From: Blastocystis sp. Blastoise
Taxonomy: Eukaryota; Protista; Bigyra: Opalinata
DNA: 64,000 nucleotides
Direction: 5' to 3'
NCBI GenBank assembly: GCA_039096225.1
Contig: JBBPEB010000013.1
Span: 1,550,001 to 1,614,000 of the forward strand
The notes below the pieces were generated by a model. That model did not search any database. It was not told the origin of the DNA and was given only the letters and a program-made list of their open reading frames with translations. Positions within the stretch are counted from its first letter, which is position 1. Each line of letters starts with the position of its first letter. A program made the position numbers and the translations under genes. Below are positions 55,124-64,000 of this stretch, piece after piece.

Positions 55124-57955
55124 ATGGCTGTACCTCCAGAACCATTTATTTCATTATCAACTATTCTAGAATGTAATACGTATGATGAAACGAATACCAG
55201 AAAAAAGTAAGCTTTTTCACCCATTTGATGTCGACTTTCACTTTGTGAGAAAAATGAATAATGAACCATTTTTATAGTAGAATAAACGAATCTAAGACTT
55301 TCTGTGAAGAAACCAATCTTGTATGATATTCCAATAAGCATTTTGACGACAATTTAGATTTTTGGTGCTTTATTATGGGAGTACTATGAGAGGATCATAC
55401 TCCTTAGGTATTCATATGCATAAATAAGTGTTAATAATCATTTATCATTAGTCAAGAGAACTTTTCTACGAAGATTCCCCTTTCTCTTTGGTCAGGCAGT
55501 TGGAATATAAATGGTACTCTACCTCCTGAAAGCATTGAAAAGTGGATAGGTGATGCCAATTCTCAAGTAAATTAAAAATTTCAATAGTAGATGATCAGTA
55601 ATCTGTATAGAAAGATATATATGTCTTCAATATTCAGGAATTTGTACCACTCAATATACTTACACTTGTATCTTCTATCGATATCTATTTAATCGATCAT
55701 TTCTTTTCAGATATTTCGATATGGTGTTCAAAAAAGGATAGATATATGGAATAAAAATATCCTAATGACATTAAATAAGGATCCTAATGTTGTATGTGAA
55801 TTAGATCTATACTTATAATTATATGTGACGTATCCTCTATTGCCATTGTTGACTTGTTATGACATTCTAAGTTTTTATTCACTGTTTATCTTACATGTGT
55901 CTCAAATTATTATAAGTATTTAATATTATCTAGGAGTATTCTAACTTGATCATGCAATCTTCGGGTGGACTTTGTTTGCTTATATATGTGAAAACATCAT
56001 TAATCGATCAGATACATGATTTATGTAGTATATTTATGAGTCTAAGTTTTTATTTTTTAAAGTTTTATTTGCATGCGTTTATATTCATATATGTTTTTCT
56101 ATAATTTTTTTATTCTATTCTTTGTATAGTATTTAAAGTGAATACAGGACCTTTTGGGTTTCCAAATAAAGGAATTCTTGGTATTTCTTTCAATATTTAT
56201 AATACTTCATTATGTATATGTAATCAACATGCGAAACCACATCAAAAAGGATATAATAAACGATGTAAAGACTTTCAATAGTATATCATGATTATTAAGA
56301 TTCAATAAATATATATAATTATGTGTTTCATTTATTTATTTTTTATTTTCATGATTATTAAGATTCAATAAATATATATAATTATGTGTTTCATTTATTT
56401 ATTTTTATTTTCATGGTTAATCGTGTATATTTTTTTAGGGTATATATATATATAGTCTGAATACATATAAGCTTCCAAATGGGTTATTTATCAAAGATCA
56501 TGATATTATTATTTGGGTATATATATATATAACAGTAATTGTTATTATTCATATTTATTTATTTATTATTTATTATATATATATATATATATATATATAT
56601 TTTATTATTTATTTATTTATTATATATATAGTCAGGAGATTTGAATAGTCATTTACAATTTCCAAAAGAATGTAAGAATAACCGCGGGAAACTACTTATT
56701 GAGGATAAAAACAATGAAGAAAATAGTGTTATAGTGGATTCTTCAAAGTTATTATATTCGCGGTTATTTCAGTTTTCTTATCATGAATTAACTAGTCTTT
56801 TACCTTCTTATATTTGGGAATACTATTTCACTTATGATGAAGTATATTTATTATTATTATTATATTTATTATTATATTTATTTATTTATTTATTATTATT
56901 ATTATATTTATTATTATATTTATTTATTTATTTATTATTATTATTATATTTATTATTTTATTTATTTTTATTATTATACATATTATTATACATATTATTA
57001 TACTTATTATTATTCATATAGATCTATCAATCACAAATAAACGGAAAAGTTTATTTCAAAGGTTTTATGGAGTCCCGCGCTACATTCCCGCCAACATTTA
57101 AATTTAAACCTTTGACAGATCAGTATATCTTGAAAAAGGGGAAAAAGGAGAAACCTCCGGCTTGGTATATATTATTATTGTTATAATTATTTGTTTTTAT
57201 TATCACTATTATAATATTCTTATTACTATTATTATTATAAAATCATTTTTATTATGATCACTATTATCATATATTATATCAAATATTTTCTGTTTCTTTC
57301 TAGATATATAATATCATATTTTCCTTAGGTGTGATCGTATATTATATTCTACTCTTGTTCCTCTCTCTATTGCTTCCTCTTCTCCTCTCCTTTCCCTCCC
57401 TTTTTCCCGCCAATCGGATCATCTCCCTGTATCCTCTGTCATCTCTATATATGCATATCAATATAATCAATCAAATATGCAATCTCTTCTATTCTCAATT
57501 CCAAACAATAATCATTATTTCCATATTGCAGCTCTTAAAGTATAAATATATGCTTTGCAATTTATTATAAATATCATTTATATAATATATTTATTATTAT
57601 TATATTATGTATTATTATATATTATTCATTTTTTTCATATTTTTTCTCTAAATATATTTACTATTAACATATCATATAGTATTATATTCTTTCAGAAATG
57701 AAATCATTACCTAAGAAAGTATATATTATAATTATTATTATATTTTATTATTAATATTTATATTTTTATTATTATCATGTATATTCATTATAGACTCTCA
57801 AGTATAATGTTTCTAAATTACAGCAGTTTTCGTCTTTCTATTTATTATATCATAATCATCATTCTAAAAGTAATTACTCTTTAAGTTCAATCATATATAC
57901 TACTTCTCTATGTATGTTAACTATATTCTTATGCTTATGGCGTTATAAGCATTAG
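55124..57955 (+). CDS. Inositol polyphosphate 5-phosphatase with C-terminal hydrophobic tail; about 14 exons
   Basis: Spliced motifs SWNING, DIYVFNIQE, NKG, HDIIIWSGDLNSH, FPPTFKF, PAWCDRIL, SDHLPV. It ends IIYTTSLCMLTIFLCLWRYKH*. The 5' exons are less certain. Confidence 0.85.
56287..56415. repeat. ~63-bp intronic tandem duplication
   Basis: TCATGATTATTAAGATTCAATAAATATATATAATTATGTGTTTCATTTATTTATT occurs twice. Confidence 0.9.
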
Positions 57956-58265
57956 AATTTATCTTTTTGTTTCAATTTACTCTTTTAGAATAATTGTTTT
58001 ATTTTAATAGTTTTTGTAGCTTTAATTTATTTAAAATATGTCAACAAACAATTGTTTATATAATTATAAATTGAGCAACACAGAATATTCTTTAAAAAAA
58101 TTCGTACTATTATTTTTTTAATTTTATACACTATCTAAATAATTTAAAAAATGCAAAAAATAGTAAATACATATAAAATGAGAACAAAGAAAGAAAACGT
58201 AAAAAAGAGCTATTCTAATTGAATTCATTATATAATTATAATATATATATTATGTATGTATTAAT

Positions 58266-58304
58266 TTAATGTCTCTTGGCTTTAATCCATCCATCATCCT
58301 ATAT

Positions 58305-58335
<31 letters not shown>

Positions 58336-59343
58336 TATAATAACATACAGATTCTTTCTTTTGGTTATTATATCTTTTACTATAAATATATTAGTTATAA
58401 TAAATGTATAATGTAAGATATTCTATATTATATATATATATGTATAGACCTACTTATTACGATCGAATCTCTTCTTTTCTCCTTCCTTAGGTCTAGTAGT
58501 ATTTTCAGTAGACTTTTCACCATTATTAGTGTTATTATTATTATTGTTATTGTTAGATCTTTTGTGATAATTTCTTCTTCTATTATTCTTCTTCATAGGT
58601 TCTTTTTCTTCTTCCTTAACAGTAGTAGTAGCGACAGAAGCGGGAACGAAGGCGGGAATGAGATCAGGTTTACCGGTAAGAATACTCTTCCAAGAACGCT
58701 TTACAGGAGCAGCAACTTCTTCTTCTTCTTCCTTCTTTTCTTCAACAACTACTTCTTCAACAACTTCTTCTTCTTCTTTCTTTTCTTCAACAACTACTTC
58801 TTCTTTCTTTTCTTCAACAACTATATATTATATATAAAAGATTTAAATAAAAAAAAAAAAAAAAAGCACTCGAATACCTTCTTCAGCAACAACTTCTTCT
58901 TTAGTTTCTTCAACGACAGGTTCTAAAATAAAAATAAAATAAATATTATAATACTTAAATGATTCTATTTTTCAATACATACCACAAGGAGCACATAAGA
59001 CAGGATGCTATATATATAAATATGTAATGGAGATGATTAATAGAGAAAAAATACTTCTTCAGCAATTTTAGCAATAGATTCGTTAAGGGAAGATAATTCA
59101 CAAACGATAGCAGCATACTCACTCTTGTGAGAACATAATTCCTTTTCAGAATCAGTTATTTCCTATAGAAAGAGTGAAATAATAAAAATATACTATTAAT
59201 TATCTATATTTCATAGTTTGTATAACATAGCTACTTACAGACTTCTTAGCAGATTCTTCAATAGCCTTTAATTGACCATTAAAAAAGTCAATTCTCATCT
59301 TAAGAGCTTCAACATAAGGGTTTACTAAAGACTTGTCACTCAT
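58266..59343 (-). CDS. Uncharacterised protein (coiled-coil N-terminus, VVEEKKEE repeats, basic tail), possibly Caprin/YAG7-like; 7 exons; missed by the ORF track
   Basis: In-phase GT-AG splicing gives MSDKSLVNPYVEALKMRIDFFNGQLKAIEESAKKSEITDSEKELCSHKSEYAAIVCELSSL...KRSWKSILTG...DDGWIKAKRH*. Confidence 0.75.
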
Positions 59344-59540
59344 GGCTCAATATAACGAAATGAAGAATATAAAATAATATATATTACTCTACAATTATCT
59401 ACAAAAAGATAGTAATTGTTTTTCATTTTGAGAAATGCTCCTATTATAATGTTGTTGATTTCCCCGTTATTATCTGATAATTCATGGGTATATCTACAGA
59501 ATTCTCGTCATTCTTTGGATTAGATTTTTTCTACAAACAT

Positions 59541-59555
59541 ATTCTAGAATTTTCT
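59541..59555. promoter_or_regulatory. Three-unit heat-shock element-like site
   Basis: aTTCtaGAAttTTCt, ~200 bp upstream of the ATG at 59343. Confidence 0.4.
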
Positions 59556-60390
59556 CTTACTTTGAGTACTCATTTCAAAATTTTCAAATGGAATCATTTT
59601 CATGTTGAATTGTGTATTAATAAGATGTTTTCCTTGCTTAACTATGAATCTACTTATTTCTAATGAAATAATCAACAGAAAATTATTGATACTGTCAAGT
59701 GTTTATATAAACCCATTATTTTGTCAATGATTCCTATTCATTATTTATTCAAACAACGTTTATTTGGGGCAAATAATAAATAGATGATAAGTATTATATT
59801 CAAAATTTCACCTTCAAGATGTGAATAGTGTCAATATCAGAGATTAAAGTTTTTATGTTGAGATTAAGTCAAACAATCAAAAAGATATCCTAATTCTGGC
59901 AAAAGAAATCATTTATTATGTTCTTTTATGCTTTTAGAAAAGCAAGTAAAATTAATCATTCTCAACAAAGTGATAATTTTCTTTTCGAAAAATATATATT
60001 ATATCTAATAATGAAATATTAATAAGCTAATTGCTATTTATCTATTCGTAAAGCTTATTCTAAAAGTTAGAAAATGGGAAAAAAGTGTTTATAGTAGCGA
60101 AAAACTTATTATCAAGGAAACATAATAGAAACAACAATTTTTTAATAAAGAAGAACATTCTTTTAAAAGTAATATAATAAAAAGAATATAAAAAGAAGGA
60201 GAACCATTAAGAAAGGGAAATAAAAAATAAACGGACAAACAAAAAAGGGTACAAAAAGTAGAAACGAGAAAGAATGAATCAAAATAAAAATGGTTTTAGG
60301 ATTTTTACAAGATTATTTGATAAAAAGACGAGATATGAGGATATTTTCCCTAATTATTCGAAATATTGATATCGCTAAGGGTTTAATCGG

Positions 60391-61374
60391 ATGTTTGTGG
60401 TATGGATAATTTTCTCATCTATTTTATTCTTTGCTTCACCTCTACTCGAGATGAATGACGATACAGATTACTATGAACCTTATAAAGCGGATCGTACTGC
60501 CAACGTTGCTAACTACTTAGTTCCTGCTATAAGTGGTTGTATAGGTACAGCAATGGCACACCCTTTCGATGTTATCAAGGTTCGTATTCAAGTTGCCTCA
60601 CCTATTCATGGTGTTCGTCCTACAATTCTCTCAGTTGCAAAAGGTATCTTAAAGAACGAACATCCAAATGCATTCTTCAGAGGTGTATCTGGTACTGTTA
60701 TGGGTCAATTTGTATTTCAAACTATTAGACAAGGAACTAGAGATAATTTATATGGATATTTAAAAAGAAAACAAAATATTGAAGTTTTACCATTCTACCA
60801 ACGTTTAGGAGTTTCTGTATTTTCTGGTATTCTTGCTGGTTTATTTGGTAGTCCTTTTGATTTAGCCATGGTTCGTATGAATGCTGATGTATCAAAACCT
60901 TATGTTAAAGGAAAAATATATAAAAACTGTTTTGAAACTCTTGGTGATGTTTGGAGAAAAGAAGGGTTTTTTGTAATGTGGAGAGGTTATACTGCTTTAG
61001 TTTGGAGAGGTATCTGTTCAAATACAGCTAGTTTATTAACTTATGCTTCAATTAAATCTGTTGTTAGCGATGAATATGGTTCTTTATCAGCTAAAATTCT
61101 TGTTTGCTTATTTACTGGTGCTATGGGCTCACTTGTGTCTCATCCATGGGATGTCATGAAATCTCGTGTCATGTCTATGAAGAGAGATCCTGTTACTGGA
61201 AAATTACCTTATAGAGGTACATTAGATAGTTTAGATGAAATTCTTCGTAAACAAGGTTTCTTTGGTTTATATAGAAGTTATTGGGCTTTATATTTCCGTT
61301 TAACTTTCCAAGCATTTATTACTTGGGGTCTTAAGGAATATTTCAGTGTAATCCAAGGATGGGATATGACATAA
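60391..61374 (+). CDS. Mitochondrial carrier (SLC25), dicarboxylate/oxoglutarate-like; intronless
   Basis: Three Px[DE]xx[KR]xR-type motifs: HPFDVIKVRIQ, SPFDLAMVRMNAD, HPWDVMKSRVM. The true start may be Met at 60451. Confidence 0.92.
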   Translation: MFVVWIIFSSILFFASPLLEMNDDTDYYEPYKADRTANVANYLVPAISGCIGTAMAHPFDVIKVRIQVASPIHGVRPTILSVAKGILKNEHPNAFFRGVSGTVMGQFVFQTIRQGTRDNLYGYLKRKQNIEVLPFYQRLGVSVFSGILAGLFGSPFDLAMVRMNADVSKPYVKGKIYKNCFETLGDVWRKEGFFVMWRGYTALVWRGICSNTASLLTYASIKSVVSDEYGSLSAKILVCLFTGAMGSLVSHPWDVMKSRVMSMKRDPVTGKLPYRGTLDSLDEILRKQGFFGLYRSYWALYFRLTFQAFITWGLKEYFSVIQGWDMT

Positions 61375-61945
61375 AAGATATATATAATCATACATATATA
61401 TGTATCTTTATATATATTACCTTTTATTATCTTTTAAAGAATCGTAATATATATTATGTATAATTTAATTTCATCTTCCTTTCTCTATGTCAATTCAGTT
61501 CTCTTTTTTTTTCTTCTTTTATAATGCTTTTTCAATGTTCATACATTTCTTTCATATATATATACTATTATTATGGTCGCTTTTAATTTTTCATTTTTAC
61601 CATTTTATATATCTATACATATTTTGTTATATAATATAATAATATATTATCGTTATTTCTTGATGATTTATTTTTAACTTAAAATCTATAATGCTTTTAT
61701 TATCCATTTAGTTCCTTTCAACTTTTTTAAAGTATACCAACTATTCATTTGCTTTGTTTTTCATTCAAATTTTAGAATTTTATTGATCCTTAATAAAAAG
61801 GAGACAAAAAATACAAAAAAGAAAGAAAAATTTTGTTTCTCTTTTTTGACTGAAAGTGAATCAGACTCTTTCAGCTTTCTAGGGTTTCAAAAGATTTTTA
61901 TCGTCTTTTCTTTTATTTTTTGATTGTGATATTAATCTGTTACAA

Positions 61946-62823
61946 ATGTCAGGAGTCTCTAGTACTTTATTTGATCTTCTCACTTACGAAATTGTTAATA
62001 AAATTGTTAACGAGAAATGGGATCAAAAATCATACAAAGAATACAACGAACTCTGTGCTAAATTAGATGCTATTGGTGTCAAGACTGGATCTTCTTGGGC
62101 TGAATTGTATTTTATTATTATTAATTCTTATATATTCACTTTGCTTTTTTTAAATTCAATTATTTAATCCTTTATTTTTACATTTTAAAATTTTATCTAA
62201 AGAAAAACTTTATCAAATCCAAATTGGGATACTCCTAAGAATACAATAGAATATATTGCTAAATACTTTTGGTTAGAGATTTTTGGAAAAAATGCTGATG
62301 AAATTATTATTGATAATCAAGTATATATATAATTATGTATAATTTTATTTTGCTATTTGATTTTTTTCCAGTATAAATGTTTTTTTTTTTATTTGTAATT
62401 TTTTCCGTATATGTTTTTTATTAAATAATAAATGTATAATTAGGGTTCAACAACTATAGTAGATAAAGATTTCAGACCTACTAAACCTATTTCATCTCCA
62501 AATTCAAATGATAAAATCCTAACAGTGTATATATTTATAATATATTATAATATATGCTTTGTTTTTATTTATCTATATATGTTATTAAATATATTCTACT
62601 CATACATTTATATTCAATTATATATAGATACACTATTTTCTATAATGGAATTATTAAAGGAATTTTAAATTGTGCAGGATATAACGCATCTGTTACTAAT
62701 ACTATTGATGATAAAAATGAATGTATATATTATATTATATTATATTATATTATATTATATTATATTATATTTGTTTATTACTTATATATTCTTTTAGGTT
62801 CCTTCACAATTACTATATATTAA
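61946..62823 (+). CDS. TRAPPC6: TRAPP complex Bet3-family subunit, TRAPPC6/Trs33-like; 5 exons
   Basis: VSSTLFDLLTYEIV, KLDAIGVKTG, EYIAKYFWLEIFGKNAD, DNQGSTTIVDKDFR, GIIKGIL, CSFTITIY*. Confidence 0.78.
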
Positions 62824-63420
62824 ATATATTGCTTACCTGACTAATTCATATACTTAATATATATTGCTAATCATTGTATACAATTGTATTTTATTCTTTA
62901 AACGAATTTTGTTGCATTATTATGAACAATTATATATATAAATATATTTTAATATATTACATATCTGTAGTATTCTGTTAACCATAACAGTTTACATTTT
63001 TTTTTATATTATTTAATGACTTATCATTAATACTATTTAAAACAATTGAAAATGATATCACACTTATCAAATAATTATTCTTATAAATATTATTTTATTT
63101 AATAATCTGTAGTTTTAAATAAATATAAATAAAAAAAGTCTATATTTAAAAATTCTATTAATGAATATAATTTATTATTAAAACCATGTATATGCAAATT
63201 ATTCATTTAAAACTTTTTATAAATTTTTATATAAATACAGAAAAAAATATGAAACAAAACTCAAACAAGCATAGCAACCAAATAAAGATAACCAATTACG
63301 TTTTAAAATATATATATTATTATATATATTATATTTAAAAAAAAAAGTATATAATTTTACGATGATATATAAAAAAAGAAAAGAATATCCCCAAATAATA
63401 ATAGTTACTCAAATAATAAT

Positions 63421-64000
63421 TTAAGCAGAGGTTGTTTTAGTTTCTTCAGTATTTTCTTTAGGAGCCTCAGTACTATTTGTAGTAGTATTATTATTATTAT
63501 TATTAGTAGTAGTAGTATTAGTATTATTAGTAGTTTCTACTTTGGTTTCAATAGGTTTAAAATTACCTCCTAAAGAATAAAGTAAAATAGAATTTAATCG
63601 TGGTAAAATGGCTCTAGGATCATCTAAAAGATCAGCAGTAATTAAACAATTATCAAATAATTGTTGAGTAACAGCTTGAGCAACAAGTGGTTTTTCAGTT
63701 CTCATTTTATATAATTGAGACATAATTTCATGATTAGGATTAATTTCTAAAGTAAGAGGTTCAAGAGGAAGAGATTTAGGCATTTCCCCGCGGGACTGAG
63801 CCATAAGTCTCATAAGACGTCTATAACTACTATTCATAACATCAGAGAGAAGAGCAGGAGAATCCGATAAACGGTGTGTAATCTATAATAATAATAATAA
63901 ATAAACATAATAATAAACATAATAAACATAATAAACATAATAATCATAATAATAAACATAATAACAATAAATAAAACTATATATATACCTTAACAGTTTT
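63421..64000 (-). CDS. TRAP1: Hsp90-family TRAP1/Hsp75, 3' end only
   Basis: ITHRLSDSPA...LEINPNHEI...QQLFDNCLITADLLDDPRAILPRLN; no MEEVD or KDEL. The last exon starts at ~63883 and the gene continues beyond the window. Confidence 0.85.

Overview
Very AT-rich, intron-dense eukaryotic DNA read with the standard code (introns mostly GTATAT...TAG). The gene set suggests a Blastocystis-like gut stramenopile, but this is an inference: a bacterial-type GH29 fucosidase, an Ig/discoidin surface protein, TGTTT(T)GTT 3' motifs and mitochondrion-type TRAP1/MetAP/carrier genes. Splicing by hand gave 14 protein genes: a zf-4CXXC_R1 protein, cytosolic Hsp70, alpha-L-fucosidase, a ~7,415-aa secreted repeat protein, DENND6-like, an Ig/discoidin membrane protein, AP-1 sigma, RabGGTase alpha, NKAPD1-like, mitochondrial MetAP, a tail-anchored inositol 5-phosphatase, a Caprin-like protein, a mitochondrial carrier and TRAPPC6-like. 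There is also a partial TRAP1, one pseudogene relic, and two identical intron-containing tRNA-Tyr genes in a ~225-bp inverted repeat. The most notable items are: (1) the giant secreted protein, encoded by one 22-kb exon, with ~60 two-cysteine repeats, lectin-like domains inserted inside repeat loops, and RRL/RxL motifs; (2) two introns with non-GT donors that copy the start of the next exon; (3) strong enrichment of a CCCGC/GCGGG motif in the second half of the window. All homology calls are from motif recognition; no database searches were run.
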